A stretch of DNA of 64,000 nucleotides, taken from contig DJUX01000005.1 in assembly GCA_002440665.1 (NCBI GenBank), positions 78,846 through 142,845 of the forward strand, written 5' to 3'. Of this stretch, positions 35,484 to 45,193 are shown in pieces (within the stretch, counting starts at the first letter, position 1; each line of letters begins with the position of its first letter). The stretch is from Dechloromonas sp. UBA6271 (GTDB lineage Bacteria; Pseudomonadota; Gammaproteobacteria; Burkholderiales; Rhodocyclaceae). The position numbers and the translations under genes were made by a program. The notes below the pieces were generated by a model. That model had not been told where the DNA came from. It did no database searches and saw nothing but the letters and a program-made list of their open reading frames with translations.

Positions 35484-38400
35484 TCAACCCACCCAGCGCC
35501 GAGCGTTGCAGAACATGCGCATCCACGGCGAATCCTCACCCCAGTTCTCCGGGTGCCAGGACATCTGCACGGTGCGGAAGACGCGTTCCGGGTGCGGCAT
35601 CATGATCGTGAAGCGGCCGTCCGCCGTAGTCACCGCCGTCAAACCGCCCGGCGAACCGTTCGGGTTGTACGGATAGACTTCGGTCGGCTCGCCCTTGTTG
35701 TCGACGTAGCGGACGGCCGACAGCACCTTGCCCTGGTCGTCGGCATTGTCGAACACTGCCCTGCCCTCGCCGTGCGAGACGACGATCGGCACTTGCGAGC
35801 CTTCCATGCCGGCGAAGAAAATCGACGGCGAACCGAGGATTTCGGCCATCACGAAACGCGCCTCGAACTGCTCGACCTTGTTGCGGCGGAAAGCCGGCCA
35901 ATGCTCGGCGCCCGGAATGATGGACTTCAGCGCGCTCATCATCTGGCAGCCGTTACAGACGCCCAGCGCGAAGGTGTCCTTGCGCTGGAAGAAGGCGGCG
36001 AATTCGTCGCGGCAGCCGTCGTGCATGAGGATGGTCCGCGCCCAGCCGAGGCCGGCGCCGAGCACGTCTCCGTAGGAGAAACCACCACAGGCGACCAGGC
36101 CCTTGAAGTCCTTGAGCCTGACCCGGCCACTCAAAATGTCGCTCATATGGACGTCGACCGCGGCAAAGCCGGCCTTGTCGAAGGCAGCGGCCATTTCGTA
36201 ATGGCTGTTGACGCCCTGCTCGCGCAGGATGGCGACGCGCGGGCGGCCGCTGATGTCCTGATAGATCTTGGTGAAATCTTCCTGCGGATCGAAAGTCAGC
36301 TTCGGCGTCAGGCCTGGGTCGGTGACGTCCAAAATGCGGTCGAATTCCTGCTGGGCGCAGCTCGGGTTGTCGCGCATGGCCTGCATCTGGTAGCTGGTCT
36401 CGGACCAGGCACGCTGCAGGTCGACGCGCTTTTCGCGCAGCACGCGTTTGGCATTGCGGGTGACGCGGATTTCGTCCCACTCGTTCAGCGTACCGACGAA
36501 GTGGTAAGGCACGCCGCAGGCGCGCAGGATAGGCGTGACCTTCTCGCGGTCGGCGCGGCGGATCTGGATCAGGGCGCCGAGTTCTTCGTTGAACAGGGCG
36601 CGCACGATGTTTTCGAAATCGCGGCCAGCCAGCAGGTTGGTCAGTTTCTCGGAGCCATCGACATCGCCGGCCCCGGCGTCGTAGCAGATGCCGTCGAGGT
36701 CGAGAGAGACGCCGCGGCGGCTGGCGAAGGCCATTTCGCAGGCGGCGACGAACAAGCCACCGTCGGAACGGTCGTGATAGGCGAGCAACAGGCCGTCACG
36801 GTTGAGCTTTTGCACGGCATCGAACAGGCCCTTGAGCTTGGCCGGTTCATCGATATCCGGAGCATCGCTGCCGGTGGCGTTGTAAACCTGCGCCAAGCAG
36901 GAGCCGCCGAGACGGTTCTTGCCGAGATCGAGCAGCAGCAGTTCAGTTTCGCCCTGATCGACGGCCAGTTGCGGCGTTTTGGTCTTGCGCACATCGTCGA
37001 CCGCAGCAAACGAGGTGACGACCAGCGACAGCGGCGATACGACCTGCTTCTTCTCGCCCTGCTCTTCCCAGGCGGTACGCATCGACAGCGAATCCTTGCC
37101 GACCGGGATCGACACGCCGATGGCCTTGCACAGGTCGGAAACGGCCTCGACGGTGTCGAACAGGCGGGCATCCTCACCGGCGACGCCGCAGGGCGCCATC
37201 CAGTTGGCCGACAGCTTGACCTTGCCCAGTGCGCCGACATCGGCGGCGGCCAGGTTGGTCAGCGCCTCGCCGATCGCCATGCGGCCCGAAGCCGGGGCGT
37301 CGAACACGGCGAGCGGGGTGCGCTCGCCCATGGCGAAGGCTTCACCCAGATAACCTTGGTAACCCATCGTGGTCACGGCCACGTCAGCGACCGGCACCTG
37401 CCACGGACCAACCATCTGGTCGCGGGCGGTCATGCCGCCGACGGAACGGTCACCGATCGAGATCAGGAAGGTCTTGTCGGCGATGGTCGGCAGACGCATC
37501 AGGCGGTAGGCGGCGTCCTTCAGTTCGATAGACGTGGCGTCGAAGGAAACGAAGGTTTCCGGCTGGTGCGTCACGTCGCGCGTCATGCGCGGCGGCTTGC
37601 CGAGCAGCGCTTCCATTTCCATATCGACCGGATTGACGCCGAAATGGTCGTCGGTGACGGTCAGGTGGCCATCGCCGGTCGCTTCGCCGACGACTGCAAA
37701 CGGGCAGCGCTCGCGTTCGCACATGGCCTGGAATTCGGCGATGCGGTTCGGCGGGATGGCCAGTACGTAGCGTTCCTGCGATTCGTTCGACCAGATTTCG
37801 GCCGGCGACATGCCTGGTTCCTCGGTCGGCACCTTGCGCAGATCGAAGACGGCACCGACGCCGCCCGAGTGGGCCAATTCTGGCAGGGCGTTGGAGACCC
37901 CACCGGCACCGACGTCGTGCACCGACAGGATCGGGTTGTTCTTGCCCATCTGCCAGCAACGGTCGATGACCTCCTGGGCGCGGCGCTGGATTTCCGGGTT
38001 GCCGCGCTGAACCGAGGCGAAGTCGAGGTCTTCGGCATTGGAACCGGCCGTCATCGACGAGGCGGCGCCGCCGCCCAGGCCGATCAGCATGCCGGGACCG
38101 CCGAGCTGGATGAATTTCGTGCCGACCGGGAAGGTTTCTTCCTTGAACGACTGCTCGGCCTGGATGGAGCCCAGACCGCCGGCGATCATGATCGGCTTGT
38201 GGTAGCCGCGCACCGTGCCGGCGACGTCTTGCTCGTAGGTGCGGAAATAGCCGGTCAGGTTCGGACGGCCGAATTCGTTGTTGAAGGCGGCGGCGCCAAT
38301 CGGGCCTTCGAGCATGATGTCGAGCGCCGAGGCGATGCGCGACGGGCGACCGTAGGCGTGTTCCCAGGGCTGCGGCGCATCGGGCAGGTTCAGGTTGGAG

Positions 38401-39413
38401 ACCGAGAAACCGCAGAGGCCGGCCTTCGGCTTGGAACCCTTGCCGGTGGCGCCTTCGTCACGGATTTCGCCGCCGCTACCAGTCGACGCGCCCGGGAAGG
38501 GCGAAATCGCGGTCGGGTGGTTGTGCGTCTCGACCTTGGTCAGGATGTGGGTCAGCTCTTCCTTGTAGCTGTAGCCGCGGTCGGCGTCCGGGTAGAAACG
38601 CTGGATGGTCGCGCCTTCGATAATCGAGGCGTTGTCAGCATAGGCCATGACCGTGCCTTGCGGGGCGGCGGCATGGGTTTCGCGGATCATGCCGAACAAG
38701 GTCTTGTCCTTGGCTTGGCCGTCGATCACCCAGGAGGCGTTGAAAATCTTGTGGCGGCAATGTTCGGAATTGGCCTGGGCGAACATCATCAGTTCGACGT
38801 CGGTCGGGTTGCGGCCGGCGGTCGTGAAAATGTTCAGCAGGTAGTCGATTTCGTCGTCGGACAGCGCCAGACCGAGCGAGCCGTTGGCCTCCACCAGCGC
38901 GGTTTTGCCTCCTTGCAGCACGTCGACCGTAGCCAGCGGCTTCGGTGCGAAATGGCGGAACAGTTCGCCGGCGGCTTCGAAGCCGGGCAGAACGGAATCG
39001 GTCATGCGGTCGTGCAGCAGGCCGGCGACGGTTTTCTTTTCATCGGCGCTCAGGGCGCGATTGTTTTTAACGACAACGTGGAAAGCGATTACCCGCTCGA
39101 CGCGTTCGATGGCATCCAAGTCGCAGTTCCAGGCGATATCGGTCGCCTTGGAGGACCACGGCGAAATGGTCCCGATGCGCGGCGCGACGAGGAACAGTTC
39201 GCCAGCTTCGGCACCTGCCGCCTTCTCTTCCAGCAGCGTCGCCAGCTTGGCGCGCTCGTCGGCATTCAGGGCGCGCTTTTGCGCCACGACATGCCAGTAA
39301 TCGGCCACCACCGATTCGATATCCGACACGGCCGCGACCAGGCGGGCTTGCAGGCGTTGCAGGCGGAAGGCGGAAAATGCGGCGTCGCCCTTGAGGCAAA
39401 GAATGTCGGCCAT
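35484..39413 (-). CDS. purL: Phosphoribosylformylglycinamidine synthase (single-chain large PurL)
   Basis: 1309 aa. [21 protein letters not shown].. N-terminus, FGAM synthetase core, C-terminal glutaminase ..[10 protein letters not shown].. with catalytic Cys. Confidence 0.95.
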   Translation of the reverse strand: MADILCLKGDAAFSAFRLQRLQARLVAAVSDIESVVADYWHVVAQKRALNADERAKLATLLEEKAAGAEAGELFLVAPRIGTISPWSSKATDIAWNCDLDAIERVERVIAFHVVVKNNRALSADEKKTVAGLLHDRMTDSVLPGFEAAGELFRHFAPKPLATVDVLQGGKTALVEANGSLGLALSDDEIDYLLNIFTTAGRNPTDVELMMFAQANSEHCRHKIFNASWVIDGQAKDKTLFGMIRETHAAAPQGTVMAYADNASIIEGATIQRFYPDADRGYSYKEELTHILTKVETHNHPTAISPFPGASTGSGGEIRDEGATGKGSKPKAGLCGFSVSNLNLPDAPQPWEHAYGRPSRIASALDIMLEGPIGAAAFNNEFGRPNLTGYFRTYEQDVAGTVRGYHKPIMIAGGLGSIQAEQSFKEETFPVGTKFIQLGGPGMLIGLGGGAASSMTAGSNAEDLDFASVQRGNPEIQRRAQEVIDRCWQMGKNNPILSVHDVGAGGVSNALPELAHSGGVGAVFDLRKVPTEEPGMSPAEIWSNESQERYVLAIPPNRIAEFQAMCERERCPFAVVGEATGDGHLTVTDDHFGVNPVDMEMEALLGKPPRMTRDVTHQPETFVSFDATSIELKDAAYRLMRLPTIADKTFLISIGDRSVGGMTARDQMVGPWQVPVADVAVTTMGYQGYLGEAFAMGERTPLAVFDAPASGRMAIGEALTNLAAADVGALGKVKLSANWMAPCGVAGEDARLFDTVEAVSDLCKAIGVSIPVGKDSLSMRTAWEEQGEKKQVVSPLSLVVTSFAAVDDVRKTKTPQLAVDQGETELLLLDLGKNRLGGSCLAQVYNATGSDAPDIDEPAKLKGLFDAVQKLNRDGLLLAYHDRSDGGLFVAACEMAFASRRGVSLDLDGICYDAGAGDVDGSEKLTNLLAGRDFENIVRALFNEELGALIQIRRADREKVTPILRACGVPYHFVGTLNEWDEIRVTRNAKRVLREKRVDLQRAWSETSYQMQAMRDNPSCAQQEFDRILDVTDPGLTPKLTFDPQEDFTKIYQDISGRPRVAILREQGVNSHYEMAAAFDKAGFAAVDVHMSDILSGRVRLKDFKGLVACGGFSYGDVLGAGLGWARTILMHDGCRDEFAAFFQRKDTFALGVCNGCQMMSALKSIIPGAEHWPAFRRNKVEQFEARFVMAEILGSPSIFFAGMEGSQVPIVVSHGEGRAVFDNADDQGKVLSAVRYVDNKGEPTEVYPYNPNGSPGGLTAVTTADGRFTIMMPHPERVFRTVQMSWHPENWGEDSPWMRMFCNARRWVG

Positions 39414-39685
39414 GAGGAAGAGATTTCAGGTTAGGCGAAGAGGCCAAAATTATACCCGAGACAGGGGTGGGCGCCGTGGTTTTGGAGACGCGAGCAGCCG
39501 ATTGGAGTCGCCGAATTATGCTGGGAGCAGTCAAGGAAATAGCCTTATTCCGCGCAGCCCCCCTTAGAACCTGTTCACAACCATTTGCATGTCGTAAACT
39601 GGCCCTCAGCCCCGAAAGTCGATCGACTGCAACAGCCGCCCGTTCGTAGCCGGTGCCGGATCACCGGGTTTGAGATGGGTCGCCA

Positions 39686-41677
39686 TCAGAAGTAGATCCC
39701 GCGCATGAATTGCTGGAACGCCACCTGGTCGGCCGACGGAATCTCGGGCAGCAGCCCCGCCTCCTTCTTCTTGGCCGCGGACGAGTCGGGGAACATGCGG
39801 AAGGTCGTGTTCATGATGATCTGCGCCACGCGTGGCACCAGCGCATGCAGCACCTGGCCGGTGATGCCAAGACGCGTGGCAACGCGCACCGGCCGGTGGA
39901 TCACGGCATCGCAAATCAGTGCCGCGGCTTCCTCCGGCGTCAGGGTCGGCACCTGGTCGTAGAGCTTGGTCGGGGCGATCATCGGCGTCTTTACCAGCGG
40001 CATGTTGATGGTCGTGAAGTAGATGCCGCGGTCGGCGAACTCGGACGCCGCGCAGCGCGTCCACGCGTCGAGCGCCGATTTCGAGGCGACGTAGGCCGAG
40101 AAGCGCGGCGCATTGGTCAGTACGCCGATGGACGAAATGTTGATGATGTGCCCGCGCTTCTGCTCGACCATCTTGGGCAGCACACCCATGCTCACCTTGA
40201 GCGCGCCAAAGTAGTTGAGCTGCATGGTGCGCTCGAAATCGTGGAAGCGATCGAAGGAAGTCTCGATGGCGCGACGGATCGAACGCCCAGCATTGTTGAT
40301 CAGAATATCGACCACGCCATGCTCGGCCAGCACCTGCTGCGTCACCGCTTCGGCGGAAGCCATGTCGGCCAGATCGCCGACATAGGCATGCAACTTGAGG
40401 CCGGCCGCCTCGAATTCGCGCACCACCTCGGCCAGTTGCTCGGCGTCGCGGGCGATGGTCACGACATGGGCGCCGGCTTCGGCCAGCTTCCAGGCGGTCG
40501 CCTTGCCGATGCCGGACGAGGCGCCGGTGACCAGCACGACCTTGCCTTCGACCTGGCCACGCAAGCTGCAGTCGATGAAGAGATCGGGGTCGAGGTGACG
40601 CTCCCAGTAATCCCACAGGCGCCAGGCGTAGTTGTCGAGCGGCGGTACTGCGATGCCCGTGCCCTTGAGCACGCGGGTTGTCTCGCGGCAGTCGAAGCGC
40701 GTCGGGTAATTGACGAAGCGGAACATGTCGTCCGGCAGGCCGAGATCCTTCATCACCGCGTGGCGGATGCGGCGCACCGGCGTCAGCGCCAGCAACCCCT
40801 TGCGCATGTGGCGCGGAATGAAACTGAACAGCGCGGCGTTGATGCGCATCGTCATCTCCGGCGCGTGGGCGGCTCGGGCGAACGTGTTGAGCAGATCACC
40901 GACGCGCATCGGGGTCGGGTCGACCAGGTGGAAGCACTTGCCGTCCTCGCCCTTGAGGTGGGCGATGTGGTCGACGGCGTTGACCACGAAATCGACCGGC
41001 ACGACATTGATGCGCCCGCCCTCGATGCCGACGGTCGGCATCCACGACGGCAACAGCTTGCGCATTTTCTGGATCAGCTTGAAGAAGTAATACGGTCCGT
41101 CGATCTTGTCCATTTCGCCGGTCTGCGAATCGCCGACGACCAAGGCCGGGCGGAAGATGCGCCAGGGAATGCTGCATTCGCGGCGGACGATGCCCTCCGA
41201 ATCGTGCTTGGTCCTGAAATAGGGATGATCCAGCCCTTCGGCTTCCTCGAACATGTCTTCGCGGAACAAGCCTTCGAACAGCCCGGCCGAGGCGATCGAA
41301 CTGAACAGGTGGAAATGCTTGGCGCCGATGGCCTCGGCAAACTGCACCGTGTTGCGCGTGCCGTCGACATTGACCTTGAGCTGGATCTCGGCGTCGGCCG
41401 AAAGGTCGTAAATCGCCGCCAAGTGGAAGAAATGGGTCGTCTTTTTGCCAAGTTTCTTGCGGTCGACCGCAGCAACCCCGAGCAGCGGCTGGGTCAGGTC
41501 ACCGACCACCGGAACCGCCCGGTTGCGATCGCAACCCCAGAATTCGTAGAGTCCGCCGAGCGCTTCGCGTTCCGCCTCGCGCACAAGAAAGTAGACGATG
41601 CTGTCGTCGCGCTCCAGCAATTTCCTGACCAGGCGCTTGCCGATGAAACCCGATGCTCCAGTGATGAAATATTGCAT
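39686..41677 (-). CDS. Two-domain fatty acyl-CoA/fatty aldehyde reductase (Marinobacter Maqu_2507 type): FAR/NAD-binding domain plus C-terminal SDR
   Basis: MQYFITGASGFIGKRLV.. and ..DHPYFRTKHDSEGIVRREC..GEMDKIDGPYYFFKLIQKMRK..GIEGGRINVVPVDFVVNAVDHIAHL.., then VVLVTGASSGIGKATA..SAYVASKSALDAW (SDR). Confidence 0.82.
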   Translation of the reverse strand: MQYFITGASGFIGKRLVRKLLERDDSIVYFLVREAEREALGGLYEFWGCDRNRAVPVVGDLTQPLLGVAAVDRKKLGKKTTHFFHLAAIYDLSADAEIQLKVNVDGTRNTVQFAEAIGAKHFHLFSSIASAGLFEGLFREDMFEEAEGLDHPYFRTKHDSEGIVRRECSIPWRIFRPALVVGDSQTGEMDKIDGPYYFFKLIQKMRKLLPSWMPTVGIEGGRINVVPVDFVVNAVDHIAHLKGEDGKCFHLVDPTPMRVGDLLNTFARAAHAPEMTMRINAALFSFIPRHMRKGLLALTPVRRIRHAVMKDLGLPDDMFRFVNYPTRFDCRETTRVLKGTGIAVPPLDNYAWRLWDYWERHLDPDLFIDCSLRGQVEGKVVLVTGASSGIGKATAWKLAEAGAHVVTIARDAEQLAEVVREFEAAGLKLHAYVGDLADMASAEAVTQQVLAEHGVVDILINNAGRSIRRAIETSFDRFHDFERTMQLNYFGALKVSMGVLPKMVEQKRGHIINISSIGVLTNAPRFSAYVASKSALDAWTRCAASEFADRGIYFTTINMPLVKTPMIAPTKLYDQVPTLTPEEAAALICDAVIHRPVRVATRLGITGQVLHALVPRVAQIIMNTTFRMFPDSSAAKKKEAGLLPEIPSADQVAFQQFMRGIYF

Positions 41678-41728
41678 GTTGGTCTCCCCAAATTTATAAG
41701 AATCAAGGACATTCTAGAGTAGCGCACC

Positions 41729-41765
41729 TAGGATATTAGTGTGCCTCCTCTAATTGAATATCCTA
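41729..41765. promoter_or_regulatory. Long imperfect palindrome in the divergent FAR/phasin promoter region (candidate operator)
   Basis: TAGGATATT(AG)-tgtgcctcct-(CTAATTG)AATATCCTA. The outer 9-bp arms are perfect inverted repeats, sited in an AT-rich gap. Confidence 0.5.
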
Positions 41766-41825
41766 CACTGGCTTCAAGGGCAGAGAGAGCTGCCGAACAA
41801 GTACACATCTTAAAAGGAGTCGATC

Positions 41826-42377
41826 ATGGTCAAGAAATTCAAGACGCTGTCGGAAAACCAACTGGCCCAAACCGTCAGGGAATCCGCACATCAAATCTGG
41901 TTGGCCGGACTGGGCGCCTATTCGAAGGCTCAGGAAGAAGGCACCAAGGTGTTTGACGCTCTGGTCAAGGAAGGTGAAACCATCCAGAAAAAGACCCGCA
42001 AGGCAGCTGATGAAAAAATGGCTGTCGTCGCCGGCAAGGCGGCTGGAACGTGGGATCGTCTGGAACAGGTCTTCGAGGATCGCGTTGCCCGCGCTCTGTC
42101 GAGCCTCGGCGTACCGAGCAAGAAGGATATCGACAAGCTGTCCAAGCGTGTCGCCGAACTGACCGCCGTCGTTCAGCAACTGACCGAAGCACAGGAAGGC
42201 ACCGCGAAGAAGGTTGTTGCCAAGCCAGTCGCCAAGGTGGCCGCGGTTCCCGCAACCGCCAAGGCAGTCGTCGCCAAGGTTACGCCGGCCAAAAAGCCGG
42301 CCCCGCCTAAAAGCGCCGCCGTCAAGAAGGCCGCCGAACCTGCTGATGCCGCTGCTGGTGCAGCAACTGCTGCCTAG
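41826..42377 (+). CDS. Phasin (PhaF/PhaI-like granule-associated protein) with a histone-H1-like Ala/Lys/Pro tail
   Basis: ..ESAHQIWLAGLGAYSKAQEEGTKVFDALVKEGE..VFEDRVARALSSLGVPSKKDIDKLSKRVAEL (phasin TIGR01837-type pattern), then AKPVAKVAAVPATAKAVVAKVTPAKKPAPPKSAAVKKAA. Confidence 0.8.
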   Translation: MVKKFKTLSENQLAQTVRESAHQIWLAGLGAYSKAQEEGTKVFDALVKEGETIQKKTRKAADEKMAVVAGKAAGTWDRLEQVFEDRVARALSSLGVPSKKDIDKLSKRVAELTAVVQQLTEAQEGTAKKVVAKPVAKVAAVPATAKAVVAKVTPAKKPAPPKSAAVKKAAEPADAAAGAATAA

Positions 42378-42441
42378 ATAGCCAGCCCCGGCCAAGCCGG
42401 GTAATCTTCAAAGGTGAACGGCATTAACGAGATGCCCGGCC

Positions 42442-43674
42442 ATGACCGGGCATCCGTCACATTCAGGGGAAGACAACTTGTCCAGAATTGGCATAGCACT
42501 GGCTGGCGGTGGTCCGCTCGGCGGGATTTATGAAATCGGCGCCAGCGTGGCGCTCGCAGAGGCGATCGAAGGGCTGGATTTCAACCATGCCGACATCTTC
42601 GTCGGCGTCAGTTCCGGCAGCTTGGTCGCGGCGGCATTCGCCAACGGCATCGCCCCGCAGAAGCTGGCGCGTATCCTGATCGACAATGATGCCGATGAGT
42701 TTTTCGATCCGGAAATGCTGCTCAAACCGGCGTTCGGCGAATACTTCAACCGGGCACGGTCGGTGCCGCAACTGCTGTTTTCCGCTGCCCAGAACTATCT
42801 CGCCAACCCGCTGCATCACGGCCTGTTCGAATCATTCCAGCGCCTGTCGCGCGCCATTCCGACCGGCCTGTTCGACAGCAGTGGCATCGACCGCGTGATG
42901 CGGGACCTGTTCTCGCGCCGCGGCCGCACCAACGATTTCCGCAAGCTTAAGCATCGCCTGTTCCTCGTCGCCACCGATCTCGATTCGGGCGAATCGGTCG
43001 CCTTCGGCTCGCCCGGCCACGACGACATCCCGATCTCGGTTGCGGTCCAGGCAAGCACCGCCCTGCCGGGCCTGTTCCCGCCCGTCCGCATCGGCGACCA
43101 CTACTACGTGGACGGAGCCCTGATCAAGACCCTGCATGCCTCGGTAGCGCTCAAGGAGGGTGCCGAACTGGTGCTCTGCATCAACCCGCTGGTCCCCTTC
43201 GACGCCGAACTGGCCGCCCGCCGCAATGCCAGGGAACGCGAGGCGCTCAACGACGGTGGCCTGCCGGTCGTGCTGTCGCAGACCTTCCGCGCCATCATCC
43301 ATTCGCGCATGCGGGTCGGCATGGATCGCTACAAGCACCAGTACAGCAATGCCGACGTCGTGCTCTTCGAACCGACGCGCGACGACGCCGAGATGTTCTT
43401 CACCAACGTCTTCAGCTACCGCGACCGACGCCGCCTGTGCGAGCACGCCTACCAGCGCACGCGCATCGATCTCTACCGGCGTCGCCACGAACTTCGGCCC
43501 ATCTTCGAACGTCACGGCTTGGGCCTTGATCTTGCAATACTCAAGGATCATCGCCGCTCCCTGATCGCCCCACCCCGCCACCGCGCCAAGGTCAGCCTGG
43601 ACAAGGCGACGCGCGCCCTCGACGCTTCACTGGACGAATTGCAGCTTTGGCTTGAATCCCGACAGCCGGCGTGA
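42442..43674 (+). CDS. Patatin-like phospholipase/lipase
   Basis: GIALAGGGPLGG (oxyanion GGGxxG), GVSSGS (GxSxG nucleophile), YYVDGAL (DGA/G Asp). The start is uncertain: ATG 42442 sits in a hairpin loop, and TTG 42478 with GGGGAAG upstream is an alternative. Confidence 0.85.
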   Translation: MTGHPSHSGEDNLSRIGIALAGGGPLGGIYEIGASVALAEAIEGLDFNHADIFVGVSSGSLVAAAFANGIAPQKLARILIDNDADEFFDPEMLLKPAFGEYFNRARSVPQLLFSAAQNYLANPLHHGLFESFQRLSRAIPTGLFDSSGIDRVMRDLFSRRGRTNDFRKLKHRLFLVATDLDSGESVAFGSPGHDDIPISVAVQASTALPGLFPPVRIGDHYYVDGALIKTLHASVALKEGAELVLCINPLVPFDAELAARRNAREREALNDGGLPVVLSQTFRAIIHSRMRVGMDRYKHQYSNADVVLFEPTRDDAEMFFTNVFSYRDRRRLCEHAYQRTRIDLYRRRHELRPIFERHGLGLDLAILKDHRRSLIAPPRHRAKVSLDKATRALDASLDELQLWLESRQPA

Positions 43675-43716
43675 TGTATCCTCTGGTCTGGAGACAACAC
43701 CAAAAAGAGTCCGGAC

Positions 43717-44358
43717 ATGGAACGCAAACCAAAACGCCGCACCCGCGAGCGCATTCTCGAAACCGCACTGAAACTGTTCAACGACTTCGGCGAGCCGAAT
43801 GTGACGACGACCGTCATTGCCGACGAGATGGAAATCAGTCCGGGCAACCTCTACTATCATTTCCACAGCAAGGACGAGATCGTCAATGCGCTGTTCGCCG
43901 ACTACGAGAAGGAAATCGAACCCCTGCTCACTGCCCCCGGCAGTCGACCGCAGGGCACCGAGGACATCTGGCTGTTCCTCCATCTGCTGTTCGAGACGAT
44001 CTGGAAGTTCCGCTTCTTCTACCGCGACATCAACGACCTGCTGACCCGCAACCGGCTCGTCGAAACTCATTTCCAGCGCATTCTCGAACATAAGGAAAGC
44101 ACCGCCATCACCGTCTGCGAGGGATTGGCCGCTTCCGGCACGTTGACCGCAACAGCCGGTGAAATCCGCGCGCTGGCCACAAACATGAGCGTCGTCGCGA
44201 CCTTCTGGCTGTCATTCGAACACGCCCGCCGCCCGCGTGGCGAGCCGGACATCGGGCGCGGCGTCTATCAGGTCATGTCGCTTGCCGCGCCCTATCTGCA
44301 AGACGAAGCGCGGCGTCTGCTGGAAAAGCTGTCCGGCGAATACGTCGATAAAAACTAG
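43717..44358 (+). CDS. TetR-family transcriptional regulator
   Basis: RTRERILETALKLFNDFGEPNVTTTVIADEMEISPGNLYYHFHSKDEIV (TetR HTH). Confidence 0.88.
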   Translation: MERKPKRRTRERILETALKLFNDFGEPNVTTTVIADEMEISPGNLYYHFHSKDEIVNALFADYEKEIEPLLTAPGSRPQGTEDIWLFLHLLFETIWKFRFFYRDINDLLTRNRLVETHFQRILEHKESTAITVCEGLAASGTLTATAGEIRALATNMSVVATFWLSFEHARRPRGEPDIGRGVYQVMSLAAPYLQDEARRLLEKLSGEYVDKN

Positions 44359-44369
44359 AGGAGACTCAC

Positions 44370-45152
44370 GTGGCCAAGAAAACCTGGAAAAAATTCCCGC
44401 ACCCGGACAAAAGCTTCTCCTATGCCGGCGTCGCCCTCGAAAAGCACTGGGCACGCCTGCACCGCGGTGATTGCGAACCCTTCCCGGACGACGACGCAGC
44501 GCAGGATGCCTGGCGCGCCTACCATGCCGGCGACTTCGCCAAGGCCGTGGACATCGGCCTCGCTGCCGGCCCTGCCGGCATCAACGCGGCCAACAAGGCG
44601 GCGATGATCTACGCCAACTATCTGGAAAGCGACGAAGCAGCCAAACTGCAGCTCTTCGAGGAGATTGCCGAACGCTGCGTCGCCCTGCAGGCAGCTGCAC
44701 CGAAGAATGCCAACGCCTGGTACATCCACGCCTACGCGCTAGGCCGCTACAGCCAAGGCATTTCGGTCGCCAAGGCGCTCGCGCAAGGTCTTGGCGGCAA
44801 GATCAAGAGCAGCCTCGATCACGCGCTGAAAATTGAGCCAAAACATGCCGACACCCACATCGCGCTCGGCACTTGGCACGCCGAAATCATCGACAAGGTC
44901 GGCAGCATGGTCGGCGGCCTCACCTACGGCGCGAAAAAGGATGCCAGCGAAAAGCATTTCCATACCGCCCTCGACCTCAACCCCGAATCGGCCATCGCCC
45001 GCACCGAATACGCCAACGGACTGGTCATGCTGTTCGGCCGTGCACGCCTGAAGGACGCCGAAAGACTCTACGAGGAGGCGGTTGCCTGCACGCCTGCAGA
45101 TGCAATGGAAAAGCTCGATATCGAGGCAGCCAAGGCGGAAATGGATGAGTAG
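44370..45152 (+). CDS. Hypothetical all-helical (TPR-like) protein
   Basis: Coding-like ORF with a GTG start 12 nt after the tetR stop. Repeated helix-turn-helix hairpins (..AWRAYHAGDFAKAVDIG.., ..NAWYIHAYALGRY.., ..HIALGTWHAEII..). I recognise no catalytic motif. Confidence 0.6.
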   Translation: MAKKTWKKFPHPDKSFSYAGVALEKHWARLHRGDCEPFPDDDAAQDAWRAYHAGDFAKAVDIGLAAGPAGINAANKAAMIYANYLESDEAAKLQLFEEIAERCVALQAAAPKNANAWYIHAYALGRYSQGISVAKALAQGLGGKIKSSLDHALKIEPKHADTHIALGTWHAEIIDKVGSMVGGLTYGAKKDASEKHFHTALDLNPESAIARTEYANGLVMLFGRARLKDAERLYEEAVACTPADAMEKLDIEAAKAEMDE

Positions 45153-45193
45153 TTAGCCCGCCCCCGCAACGAACGGCATCAACCGCCGGCCAG

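Noticed and set aside
36985-37005. Further copies of the GCGGTCGACCGC-like core near 601-617, 36993, 41461, 48151 and 63656
   Set aside because: All lie within coding sequence, lack the A-run tail, and can be explained by Ala-Val-Asp-Arg-type codon strings. They were not counted as REP-like elements, but they temper the significance of the core alone.
35436-39434. 1332-aa ORF on the plus strand, exactly antisense to purL
   Set aside because: Typical high-GC antisense shadow ORF. Its translation is low-complexity (Arg/Ala/Gly/Val rich) with no motifs. The minus-strand product is an unmistakable full-length PurL.
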